Source of the DNA: Lingula anatina
Lineage: Eukaryota > Animalia > Brachiopoda
Assembly: GCA_051362555.1 (NCBI GenBank)
Contig: CM120647.1
Location: 15,166,651 to 15,230,650 of the forward strand
Direction of reading: 5' to 3'
Length of the DNA: 64,000 bases
This document shows positions 24,879-38,472 of this stretch, in pieces. Within the stretch, counting starts at the first letter, position 1; each line of letters starts with the position of its first letter. The notes under the pieces are model-generated. The model had not been told where the DNA came from and did no database searches. It worked only from the letters and a program-made list of their open reading frames with translations. Position numbers and translations under genes: made by a program.

Positions 24879-27800
24879 ACCTTGTTTATTTCACTGTATT
24901 TCAGGCCTACAGGCCAAGAGTACATCAATTGAGTTCTATTTATAATAATACTGAGCTGACTACACAGAAATATATATCATAAACGACACAAATCACTTAT
25001 CTAAAAAAACCTCTCTTAATTTCTCAGCATGATATATGAAGGCCGCAAGTCTTTTTATAAAGTCAACATTATGTGATGACAGAGTAGTCACTAGTGACAA
25101 TGTTGTAATCTCGGGAATATAGCGTTCCCTCAGACCGTTACATAAGGGCCCCTTTACACTGGACGGCGTCCTTTCTGCGTCCCTTCTGCGTTCAAAAATG
25201 TGGTCAGGACGCTCAACGGCCGCCAAAGCAATTAAATCGTGTTTCAGTGTAAAGTCGTCTGCGTCCCTTGTGCGTCCTTTGAACGACCGAATCTTGATTT
25301 TACCTGTAAAACTGCGAGCAACCTGCCTGCCTCCACTGTACGTCCCCTGTGCAACCCAATGCGTCCATTGCGATTTTTGAGCGACCATTGAACATTCTTG
25401 CCGTGTTCTCTGTACCTTCATCGGCGATCAGTGGCGTCTATTCTACGATCATTCTGCATCCTGCTTGACCGATGAGCGTTGTTTGGGCGTCCTTCTCTAT
25501 ATTCTAACTCATATTCTTTCATCGGTCCTAACCAGGTCATCCGATAAAGAACATTTCCAGCACACAAAACAAATAAATGGGAATAAACGCTTTAAACTAT
25601 AGTGATGCAAGGTCTACATGGACTGATAAACAGTCAGACGTTCATTGTTATCCTTATAAGAAGGATGGACAGGCGCCGAAAACGAGAAAGTGTGACTGAC
25701 ACAACATAGAATATTTGAATCCATTTTCAAATGACGCATTCTGCAAAATGTTCTGACAATTAATTCATCTTGTAAAAAAGGGCAAAATATTCGTTTTATA
25801 ACAACCTAAAAAATGGATCGTTTCATGAATTTTAGGGTAAAAACAGAATACTGTTGCCCTTAGAATTCCTGTCTGGTGAAAAATACTTCATCACGGCCCC
25901 GTTTGAGAGTGAAAAAAAAATGGACGATCTTTGAGTTTTCATTCTGCAACCGACGCGATGCTTGTGCCTCCTTTCTACGACCGCGGCGATGCTTGTGCGT
26001 CCTCTCTGCGACCGCAGCGTTGCTTGTGCGTCCTCTCTGCGACCACGGCGATGCTTGTGCGTCCTTTCTGCGTCCATTGAGCGACCATCCTCCATCGCGT
26101 TCTCTCTGCGATTGTTTTGAACATGCTCAAAACATCGCGGCGTCCATGGCGTCCTCGGCGATGCTTGAACGTTCTCTGTGCGACCTTGGCGATCACTGTG
26201 CGTTCTTTGAGCGTCCGACGGCGTCCTGGCTAGTTTCATGGACGCACAAAGGACGCAGAAAGGACGCCGTCCAGTGTAAAGGGGGTTTAAACTACATGAC
26301 ATTAACACGTGTTCCTCATTCTCAATAATTGTTATGCCATCAGAAAGGCATGCAGCGCATACTCTATCTTCCCCATCTACACTGGCATACCGTCCCTTCT
26401 CAATCTGTAAATTGTGGTTTGATATTCTGAACTTGCAGTAGGCCCTTCTATGCTCTGCTATGGACACAAAAGATAAGTATTCCTCAAATACCAAATCTAG
26501 TTTAAATGAGCTGTAGGTCCTTAGCTTGCCTGATTCGCGTACTGAGGAATGCCAATTCTGCCTGCTTATATCCATTAATCGTTGTCTAAACTGTTCTGTA
26601 AAAAGTTCCACATTTCCACATCCTTGGTTTTCCCATACTACTCCAAATCCATATGAATATAAAAGATGCTTGATGTCACTCGACCATGTTTGCCTCCCAC
26701 TACTATCTAAGTCAAACAGTAACTTGTAGCATGGTTTCGGTAGCCTACCGTCGTCCATACACAAAAGCTTGAACCAATACTTAATACATTTGACATGATA
26801 ATCTATGTATAGAGGGAAACGACCACATTCCCCAAGAACTGCTTGTGTGCTTGCATTATCCGATACCATCAATAATCTTTTACAAAACTTAACTTGAACA
26901 TTCTCTATTGATTCGGATATTTCATAACCCCATATTTCTGCTCCATATGTAAGTATGGGTTTTATCATTGAATCAAATATCTTAAAACATAAGACGTGGG
27001 GCAAAGATCCCACATTTTTAAATAACCTGAAACATCTTGCCATTGATTTCTTTGCTTGAGTTGCTAAAGTTTGTTTTGCTTTGGACCAAGATAGCTTTGG
27101 AGTAAACATAATACCCAAATACTTATAATGCGATACAGTCTCTAACTCCACGCTGTTAAAAAACCACTTCTCGTAATGTCTAAGGTAACCACCATTTCTG
27201 AAAACTATTACTTTGGTTTTATCAAGATTCACATTCATTTTCCAGCGTTTACAGAACAACCCTAAGTAATCTGAGAGTCTTTGCAGATTTCGCACAGTAT
27301 CAGCACAGTTTGCTAAGTCATCTGCATATAAAAGCGAGGTAATGTTCATGAACTCCTGATTTATATAAATACCTCGGCAGGAGAATTCTTCATAAAGATA
27401 AATGAGATCAGTTATGAATAAGCAAAACAAAAACGGGCTGACCATGCATCCTTGCCTGGTACCAACACTACATGAGAACGTTGACGTGTAGCTTGATGTG
27501 TTTGGTAGCCTTATACAAGCTTGCAATTGTGCATACATAGATTTGAGAACACTGAGTATATTGCCATGGATTCCGTTTGCACATATTTTAAACCAGAAGT
27601 ACTGGTGATCCACGCAATCAAAAGCCTTTTGAAAGTCGACAAACATACAGTAAAATCTGCCTCCCCTTTTCGACAAATATTTTTGTATCATTGCTTGTAA
27701 TGAAAATATTTGGTCCTGAGTGCAATACCCTTTCCTAAAACCAGCCTGGCATTCACTGATAATATCCTCCCGAGTTGCCCAGGCGTTTAATCTATTGCTT

Positions 27801-29350
27801 AATAATTTAGTAAACACCTTGCCAACAACACTTAATAATGATATGCCTCTGAAGTTGTTTGGATCATTCGTGCTACCTTTTTTATACAAAGGAAAAATGA
27901 TGGCAACCGACCACGATTCAGGGAACTGTCCAGTGGCAAGAACACAATTAAATATATCACTCAAACACTGAATGCACGCATCGTTTGCATTTTTTAAGAA
28001 TTCACATGGAATGGCGTCCAGGCCTGCCGCTTTGCCATTCTTCATTTGTCTGATTGCACTGCGAACTTCCTCAACTGTGATCACTTTATTCAAATCTGAT
28101 GGTTTATTTTCGTCACAACAATCACAGTGTCCATCGTGCGCTCTCAGGCCTTCCATAACGTCTTCATGAAAAACACCATCTATAACTGTGTTACCACTAT
28201 TCAATAAAGTATTCATACCAGTTCGAGGCAGAGATTTGTGTCTTTTGGCGAGGTGTCCTAGATACCTGTGCCACATTTGCCCAGAATGCCCTTGTATCAT
28301 CACAACTTTTAACAATTCTGCTTCTTGCCAGTTGCTGTTTGATATCCTTTTTTTCACGACACGTCTGTCTGAACACTTTTTTACTTTCTATGTAGTCTTT
28401 AACATTTGGCGCTGTTGGGTTTTACGCATTTGATTTTTACTTTCGATTTTTTACAGATTTTTTATTTTGGCAGTCTGCATCCCACCAATCGGGTTGAGTT
28501 CTGTCCGCCTGTCGTCCGGTTTTGCCCTTAACCTTCATAGCTTCCGCAGCTCTGTAAAAGACTTGGTTAAGTAGCAATACAGACTCGTTTATGTTATTTT
28601 GCATTAAATCAGAACACTGGTCAAGCATGTCTTTAGATACATTGTCGTCGAGAATAGCTCTAAACTGGCGAGCTTTTGCAGCGTCCCATATAAACTGAAG
28701 CCCTTTTGTAACATTACTAGTCTCGGTCTCGGCCTTGTCCCCATCTGTGTGTGCCTCACATTGTATCACAAAAGACAAGGGGAAATGGTCCGAAAAGTGC
28801 ATATCCAAAACATCAAAGTTAAGAATGCTATCAAATATCTCCGAGTCTGCTATGACATAGTCAACTAAACTTGCACCATTGGTTGTAACACAAGTAAATT
28901 TCCCCTCCGGGTCATTCTGAGATCTGCCATTTAAAAAGTGTATACCATAATCACAACATAGTTCAGTTAAAGTTGTGCCAAATGCATTGACAACTGTGTC
29001 CTGCGAGTTCCGTGGTAAATTAAATAAATCCGACTCATACCAATCGCCTATATCTAAGTACCTGGCATCGTCGTCAATAATATAGTCGTACAAGTCACCA
29101 GTTCTAGCATTGAAATCGCCTGCTAATATTAAACTAAAGTCATCATACTTAAGCGAGATATCTTCCAGGTTTGCACCTAGCAAACTAATACCATTAGCAT
29201 CTCTCCCATTATAAAACGGGGAACCTTGAGGGGGAATGTAGACAAAAGTAACAATAACAACCTTACTAAACTTAAAATAATGCTTTTTCAACCTTAGAAA
29301 AATCATCGATTCTGCTTCAGGTTTGATGCGCTCAACACCACCTTTCGGCC
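24879..29350 (-). mobile_element. 5'-truncated non-LTR retrotransposon, CR1/L2 group (APE endonuclease + RT), frameshifted
   Basis: EN motifs VYIPP, LAGDFNAR, SLVDY, SDHFPL (28437-29306); RT motifs FVDFQKAFD, GTRQGCMVSPFLF, LLYADD; C-terminal CxxC..EEHVLMSC continues in frame at 25145-24993 once the nested insert is removed; AATAAA near the 3' end. Confidence 0.9.
25146..26287. mobile_element. PIF/Harbinger-like non-autonomous element nested in the LINE ORF
   Basis: About 37-bp TIR (cccctttacactggacggcgtcctttctgcgtcc), TAA TSD at 25143-25145 and 26288-26290, internal ~30-bp tandem repeats at 25950-26070. Confidence 0.85.
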
Positions 29351-29376
29351 AGAGCGAGTAAAACCCTATGCGCCAG

Positions 29377-29444
<68 letters not shown>

Positions 29445-30007
29445 ACGACGACATATCTAAACATGAGAGTCATAAATGGTCCTGCAAATGTAAGATCTTT
29501 CAGGACTGACGAAATACAAACAGAAAAAAAAACGAAAATGTAGGAGCCAGATACATGTACCTTTACGAAAATTCCCTGTCGGCTACAAACACCATACATG
29601 TAAAGAAATGGATTTTCCAAGGGAAATAAGCAATTTTCTTATACTAACAAACCGATTGTCTATCCCTCTCTGGACTTGAATTTGACCTTTTAGTTAAATC
29701 TTGGACATAATAACGAATTATGTCCAAGGTTAAATTTATAAAAGCTGATATAGTTTAAGATGACAGGCCATGAAATTAATTCCATGCACAAATTCTCTGG
29801 ACAGTGGAGTAAATGTCTCGAATAAGCCACGCAGAGACATTTGTTAGCAAATATCTAGAGAAAAGTCAATCTATGGCCCTGGTATAGGGTAAACAAAAAC
29901 ACAATCGTCAAGACGGTGGCCCGCAACAGGAGGTCAACCCAAAATAGGTCACCAATTTCTCGCCTTTGATATTGCAAAAAGTAAAACCAGGTCAGGAGTG
30001 ACTTAAA

Positions 30008-33000
30008 ATGGCAGCTCTTCAACCTAGCCTGGATGCAGCAAGCACTAAGGACAGATTCAAGGGGCGTGTAGCTATAGTCACAGGAGGAGCCAGTGGTATA
30101 GGCAGTGCATGTGTGCGACGCTTCTTGAATGACGGAGCACTTGTTGCCTTCTTCGACATCGACCAAGTTGCAGGGAAACAGTTGGAAGCTGAGCTCCAGG
30201 CGGCTGGCTTTGAGACGAAATTTTACCAGGTCGACGTTTCCGACCGAGAGGCCTGCTTCAAGGCCGTTAGCCACGTAGCTAGCCAGTACGGTGGCTGCAT
30301 CAACTTTCTTGTGAACTGTGCTGCGGTATTTATATTAAAAGGCAAGTTAAAATAATGGGTTGCGGGAAACGATTTCCGACACCCCACGGGCATTTTTTAC
30401 AAAATAAAAAAAAGAACCGCCTTTGTTATATATCCCAATATATTTATATTGTCTACATGATTCTACGGCACTGTATGAGTCTACTGTACAGCTAAGATCT
30501 AATATCCGTTTATTAGATCTTAGGGTACAGATAGGACCGTAGTCCTCCCCCCTCCCCCCCCCCCCCACACACACACAAACACACAAGAGAAAGAGGGGGG
30601 TAGAGGGGGGGATACATTACATCAAACACAACATTGAAATATGTATCAGGCCTACCCAACTACCAGACTCGGCACATCATAAGGATCCTGAATTAACCGG
30701 TATATCGGACCACACTGCCTGTTTTCAAGGTGTGTGTCAGATCGCATTTCGAAGTATCAGTCAGAACACCGACAGGATGAGCCCGCGGTCGTCCTACAAC
30801 AATTGTTTTGGGGTATGATACTTCGAAATGCGATCTGACACACACCTTGAAAACGGGTAGTGTGGTCCGGTGTACCGGTTAATTCAGGATCCTTATGTGC
30901 CGAGTCTGGTAGTTGGGTAGGCATGTGTATGTACAGTGAGATGATTGACTCTCTCTCTCTCTCTCCTCTCGCTTGTCAACATTAAATCGTCTTTGTTCTC
31001 CAGCTCTAGATGCCGACACGTCCGACTGGGCACAAGTCATGAGTGTGAATGTGGCTGGATACTCGAATATGGTACAGGCCTGCTTCCCTCACATGAAGAC
31101 AGGTAAACATATCTCTTTTTTATTCTCCATCTCCTCCTCTCCATCTCTTTCTGTCTCTGCCTTTCTCCATCCAATACTACCGGTGTCATGAAACTCGGTC
31201 CGCCCTCCATATAGTTATAATGGTTAGGGTTAGTCTGACCTAAGTGGGTCAAAATCTAGGGGAGCCTGACCTGTACAAGGTAATGGGAAGTGGAGTCTTC
31301 TGTCATGGGGGACTTTCTGGTACATGGCACCGGCCAAGGAGAGCCACTCGCCAAAATGGCGGCGGACCCAATGATTAACAAATTTTGCTGATTTGTAAAG
31401 TTGCATCACCGATATTAATTACCTATTAATATTTTTCGCTTTTGTACGTTGTGAATGACCATTTCCTGTGTTTGCTTGCGACTGAATTCATTTTTCCAAG
31501 TGTATTGCGCTGTATTAGGGTGTATTACGAAATTTAGGGACACCCATCTCTTTCCACACTGTGAAAGTGTGTCTCCCCTCTTTTTAAACTTGGACCTAAA
31601 TAATCTAATCTAAATCTATTTAGGTCCAAGTTGTTGGAACGTATGGAAAAAGCATGTCCATGCAAACGAAGCGCACTATCAGTTGTAGTAACGTATTTTA
31701 AAGCTCGTATGTCAATGTCTGTAGTGGACATGGATTTAGTTTTAGCTCCGCCTCCTATTGCCTACTTTGTATATATTCACGCCCTGCTCATTGAGTGGGT
31801 AGTTTTTTGATCAGTCTCTGTAGATAATAAACGTGTAGTTTTTCAACTCTCGTTTTTTCTCTGAACCGCATATCGACATTTTTTGGTGCCGTGACCAGGA
31901 TAACTATGGCTGCAGAGAGAAATCAAAAACTCCGGTCGGCGAACCGAGCCCAGCTGACGAAGCTGTTTCAACGAGCATCAAGTTTGATGTCTGATGAGCC
32001 GTCCGTAGAAAATGTGGAAACATTGGACTTGACGTACGAACTAATCGAGGAGAAGATGGACTATCTAAAAACATTAGACGAGAGGATTCTATCCAAACTT
32101 TCAGATGAAAAGATGGAAGACGGCGTTGCCGAAGCAGACGAATTTATGTTTTCAGCTAAAGAGAAGCTCCGTCGCATTCGAAAACATAAAGAAAATATGC
32201 AGTCAGAAGAACGCCGAAGCGAGCCTTCGATTTCTAACGCTCCCACTCCAACTGATGACCCTCTGCGGAGCAACATGAAACGAAATTACAGGCTCCCCAA
32301 ACTCATCCTATCCAGGTTTGACGGAAATCTCCTTCAATGGCCCGCTTTCAACGACGACTTCGTCAGTGCTATAGACGAAAACGAGACGCTGTCAACTATC
32401 GAGAAATTCCAGTTTTTACGGGCGCAGTTGGACGGCGAAGCGTTTTCTACGATCGCGGGATTACAGCTTACGGCTAATAATTACGAAAATGCAAAGGAAC
32501 TTCTTCGAGAAAGGTATGGACAAACTCACAAAATAATTAACGCATTCATGAGAGCTCTTTGGGAGCTTCCACGTCCCAATGAAGATATAAAATCACTGAG
32601 ATTTTTCTATGATAGGATCGAGACTTTCATTAGAGGACTCAGCTCTTTAGGAAAAGAAGAACAAAGTTATGGAGAACTCTTGATTCCTATGATTCTAGAT
32701 AAATTGCCTGCCAACACGCGCAGACAAATCGCAAGAGCGCATGGAAACAATGAATGGTCAATCGCCGATCTGCGCAGTACACTTAAGTCTGAGATCGACG
32801 CCCTACAAGCTGGAGAAATAGACGGGTTCAACCAAGAGAAATCGTACCGACCCACTGCTGCGTTTTTCACCAATAGTAACACGAAGAAAACGACGAACAA
32901 GCCGAAAAGAAAATTGAAATGCGCTTTCTGCAAAAATGAACATAGCTCTATCACGTGCCCAGTTGTGTCGGAACAGGAAAAACGCTTTGAAATAGCAAAA

Positions 33001-36000
33001 AGAGACAATTTATGCTTTAACTGTCTTACGCCCAACCATTCAAGCCGAAAATGCCTGTCTAAATTTCGCTGCAGAAGTTGCAATGGAAAACACCACACCG
33101 CCCTTCATGCTAAGCAAAACAGTGAACCAAGCGCCGCTCAGAAAGCGCGGGAACCGCCTGCCGTGGAACATGCGGCGAGCACCTTCACTCAAGGGTCAAA
33201 AAATCAAAGGAATGTTGTCTTGTTAAAAACGGCTATCGTGGAGGTCTCCAACAAACAAACACCCTTCCAATTATCGGCAACTAGTGGGGTCTTGTTCGAC
33301 GAAGGAGCGACCAGATCATTCATCACAGAAGAGCTTGTTCATAAACTTCAGCTCCAGCCAACTCATTCTGAGGAGATCAATCTGTCTGTATTTGGAATGG
33401 ACTGTAAACAACCTCAGACTTTTGACATCGTCACAATCTCCCTGAAAACAACATCAAAAGAATTTGTTGATATTAACGCAGTCGTCGTTCCTGAAATTTC
33501 CGCTCCACTCCATAATTTAGTGACACGTAGGACAGCCAATTTGTCCCACTTAAGGAACTTGAGACTGGCTCACACACCATCTGATGACAGATCGCCTTTT
33601 TTCGTCTCTGTGCTAATTGGTGCCGATCATTACTGGGACTTTGTTGAAGATACAATCGTGCGAGGTCCAGGGCCCACCGCTGTCGCTTCCAAATTTGGAT
33701 ACTTACTCTCGGGCCCCGCCCACTCCGATGACTACGTCACAGCAAACGACACCGCTTTTCATGTCATGGCGAAACAGCGCAACGCAGAAGACGATACCCT
33801 GGACAAATTCTGGAACCTAGAATCCATTGGCATTAAAGACAATAAACAAACTGTCCAGGATCCCTCCGATTTTCAGAATTTCCAGAGAAATTACATTGAA
33901 AAACGTGATGACCAATATGTGGCCAAATTGCCGTGGAAAACCGACCACAGTCCTTTGCCTACGAATTATCGCAACGCATGTCATCGAACACGTAATACCG
34001 TGCGCAAGTTACCAGTAGAAACACGACGCGTGTATGACACTATCATCAGGAATCAAGAGAAACGCAACTTTATTGAGAAAGTAGGCGATGACGATACTTC
34101 CAGTGGACATTACCTGCCTCACCGCCCCGTAAAAAAGGATTCGATTACAACACCAATTCGAATAGTTTACGACTGCAGCGCAAAGGCCACACCTGATGAC
34201 CCCAGTCTGAATGACTGTCTATTTAAAGGACCGCAGCTACTTAATGACCTTGTTGGAATCTTTTTAAGATTTCGAATTCACAATGTCGCGATCACTAGTG
34301 ACATTGAAAAAGCATTCTTAAACATAGGATTGCACGAAGATGACCGAGATTTTACGAAATTTTTGTGGCTTGAAGATCCAGAAGACACTGAAAGTAAGTT
34401 TGAAGTGTACCGCTTTACGTCAGTTCTCTTTGGAAGCATTTCCAGTCCAGCCATTCTTAACTCCGTAGTACGCTTGCATTTGGATATGTCCGAGAATGGC
34501 ACCGCCAAAGCCCTGAAACGGGACATCTACGTGGATAATATTGTGACGGGAACTGACACCTCAAACCAAGCCATTCAAATGTACGAGGAATCAAATGATT
34601 TGCTTGCATCTGCAGGATTCAATCTTCAATCGTGGGCTACCAATGACCCCAAGCTCCACAACATAGTCGAAGCTGACGGAGTAGCTCACGCAGACCACAA
34701 GAATACACCGATGTTGGGAATGATATGGGACACTGAACAAGATACGTTATCTTACAAGTCCGGTGAAGAAATCCCAGTCAGCCAAGTCACCAAACGCGAA
34801 GTGATTAGTCGCATTTCTCGAGTTTACGACCCGCTAGGTCTGTTAGCACCAGTTATTGTTCGAGGTAAAATGTTCATGCAAGAACTCTGGAAAGCGGAAC
34901 TCGATTGGGATCAAACTTTACCTCCAGAACTAAGCGAAACTTGGAAAGAAATTGCTGCTGATCTTGAACAATGTTCATTGCTGAAAGTTACCCGGCAGTA
35001 TTTCTCAAACACCAAGGAGTCACAACAGCCCATGGAATTACATTGTTTTGTCGACGCCAGTGAAAAGGCGTATGGATGCGCCGTATATCTACGGAACGGA
35101 GAACAAACTACTTTAGTCATGTCTAAATCGCGCGTTGCCCCAGTGAAAACGATCACTATTCCGCGCCTTGAACTGATGGCAGCCGTTCTAGGAACCCGCC
35201 TCACAAGTTTTGTTCATGACCAGCTGAAAGAGAACATTAACATTGCGAAATGTGTTCTGTGGACAGACAGCCAAATTGTGCTGTGCTGGCTTAAAAGCGA
35301 CAAACATCTACCGTTGTTTGTCCGAAATCGTGTCAACGAAATCAAACCGTCGTTGTTCAACGAATACAGATATTGTCCGACGGATGACAACCCGGCCGAT
35401 CTCATAACACGCGGCACGACCGTATCGTCACTAGAAATCGCAACTATATGGTGGGAAGGACCCGCCTGGCTTGCACATGGAGATTGGCCCATAGGAGAGT
35501 ACAACAGTACTGTAATGCATTTGAGAACGGAGCGGGCAGAGTTTGCCCCACTTACCCCAAGTGATTCGTTGAATGAGCAACTCTTTAAAAACAATCCAAA
35601 TGTCATTGACCCTACGACCGCAGTTCAGGGTCATTCCGTTGAAACTGATATTTCCGACAAAGCCAACAACCAAAGAATGCGAGGAAATCAGCCGCTCACA
35701 ACGAAAACAGACATTTCAAAGGTGATCGACATAGGCCGACATGGCACGCTTCCGAAACTATTAAACGTAACGGCATTGGTGCTCAGATTTGTTGCCGTTA
35801 TGAAGGGAAAAATACACAAGACGTCATCTTACGTTATTACAAACGCCTCGCCTTCTGCAGAAGAAATCATTAATGCAGAAGAAATGTGGATCAAGTGTGT
35901 TCAAGAGAAAGCTTTCTATCAAGAACTTGACTCATTGAAAGGAGGGAAATCTAAATCAAATACTGTTAAGCAACTTGGTTTGTTTTTAGACAGTAATGGC

Positions 36001-38396
36001 ATTATACGACTTACAGGTCGCTTACAAAACGCACCCTTGACTTACGACGCAAAACACCCGATACTATTACCACGGCGACATCCATTCACTTTGTTAGTGA
36101 TAAATGACGCGCACAAGCGAGCGCTACATTCCGGCATGCAATCAACTGTAACAAGTATCAGGCAGAGATTTTGGATCCCCAGAGCACGTGAAACTGTCAA
36201 CCGCGTCCTACGTAAATGTGTGATATGCAGACGCTTGATCGGCAGACCCTATGCTTCTCCGGTTGCTCCGCCTCTACGAACGTTCAGAGTTCACGATGCT
36301 CCCCCGTTTACGGTCACTGGAGTTGATTTTACAGGGGCACTCTACGTCAAAACGTCCACGAATTGTGAAGCGAAAGCCTACATATGTTTATTTACTTGCT
36401 CCGCTACTCGCGCCGTCCACCTGGAAGTTGTGAATGACTTATCTACATCTTCGTTTATAAATGCATTTCGAAGATTCGCTGCCAGGAGATCACTACCTAC
36501 GAAAATGATTAGTGACAACGCAACAACTTTTCATTCAGCCGCCAATGAAATCAATAAACTTTTCGAAAATGAAGATGTACGTCGATATCTAAGTCAAAAT
36601 AGAGTGAAGTGGGAATTCATTCCTAGAAGAGCACCGTGGTTTGGTGGCTTTTGGGAAAGATTAATTGGTCTCACGAAGAATGCAATGAGAAAAACACTAG
36701 GACGCGCTCGCATCACGCTAGACGAATTGCATACCATAACATCGGAAATAGAAGCAACACTGAATGACCGCCCCATTACCTACGTTAATGAGGGTGAACC
36801 TCTTACACCATCAATGCTTTTGAACGGACGTCGAATCAACACACTGCCTTGCCCACTGACAGATGAGGATGAAGGATTGGATCCGACGTTCGCACCAGAT
36901 GGCAAAATCTCCAAAGAACGCTTGACAAAACGATTGAAACATGTGCAGGAGGTCAATGCACATTTCACACAAAGATGGACCTCCGAATATCTTACTGCGC
37001 TAAGAGAAAGGGACAATATGAATGGGGTTAAGCAAAATACTGTTCAAGTTGGAGACGTAGTACTAATTCATGAGGATATTAAACCTAGACTTTTGTGGGA
37101 TTTGGGACTAATTACAAAACTGAACTACGGCAATGACGGGATAGTGCGATCAGCAACATTGAAAACTAAGTATGGAACAACAAATCGCCCTATTACGAAA
37201 CTCTATCCTCTAGAAATTTCCGTTGATTATGACACTGCCCCTGACCTGAGAGAGGTCACACTGTCCAAAGAAATTACTGATGAAAACGTCAACATACCAG
37301 CCCGTAACACGAGACGCGCCGCCCAGCAAGCAAAAGAAAACATCGCTAGATGGATTCAAGAACTGAAATGAAAATGAACTTTGATTACTTATGAAACTAT
37401 TAGACTGTTCAAATGAAACTGTTTGAGACATTTAATCAAGCGTATTAATGGATTATTTAACCTTATTATTGGAATATTTCTAATATTAGCGTTGCTATGG
37501 ACTTCGTTTTTTGTTTCAATGACAATCTATTGCATAGATGTTTACATTAATCAGTACTTACTGACTAGTACATCGCAAGGACTTGTTGATATGACTTACG
37601 TTTAATGGAATTTTTGGATTTCTTGCTTATTTTATAACACTTAATGCTTTCATGTTTACTTTTACAACTTGTTGCCCCCGGAGAATGTTGGAACGTATGG
37701 AAAAAGCATGTCCATGCAAACGAAGCGCACTATCAGTTGTAGTAACGTATTTTAAAGCTCGTATGTCAATGTCTGTAGTGGACATGGATTTAGTTTTAGC
37801 TCCGCCTCCTATTGCCTACTTTGTATATATTCACGCCCTGCTCATTGAGTGGGTAGTTTTTTGATCAGTCTCTGTAGATAATAAACGTGTAGTTTTTCAA
37901 CTCTCGTTTTTTCTCTGAACCGCATATCGACACAAGTTTTAAATAACGAGTTCATATATGTTTGTTTCATCTGCTTGTGTCTATCCACCCAAACAACCAA
38001 ACCATCAGCAAAATCAGCATGTACTTAATACCGACTTTCTTTCAAATTTAGTCTTTTCTCTAATTAGGATAAATTTTGTTCATCGGACAAAGTTACCTGT
38101 AAAATGCCAACATTCAATCAATCTCCAAATATTTATCATATTTTGTCAAAATTTAGCAGTTATATTAATATTTCATCGATACTTCACTGATATTTCACCA
38201 ACACAGCCGAACCTGACGCCAGATCAGTCGTCAATATAGCCAGTATGGTCGGCCACATGGCATCGGCCAGTAAATGGACGTACTCGACCAGTAAAGGTGC
38301 CGTGCTGGAGCTGACCCGGTGTATGGCACTGGACTTGGCCAAAGATGACATACGGGTGAACTCCGTGTCACCGGGAGCCATAAATACGGCAGCGGT

Positions 38397-38472
<76 letters not shown>

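Larger units (their letters stand above)
31632..37932 (+). mobile_element. Full-length BEL/Pao LTR retrotransposon
   Basis: 247-bp TG...CA LTRs at 31632-31878 and 37686-37932, identical by eye; 5-bp TSD CAAGT; single gag-pol ORF. Confidence 0.97.

Noticed and set aside
25950-26070. Short ~30-bp direct repeats suggestive of a CRISPR array
   Set aside because: No unique spacers, eukaryotic context; these are subterminal repeats of a TIR element
25832-26290. Arg-rich C-terminal extension of the 841-aa RT ORF
   Set aside because: Read-through into the nested Harbinger-like element; the true C-terminus resumes at 25145-24993
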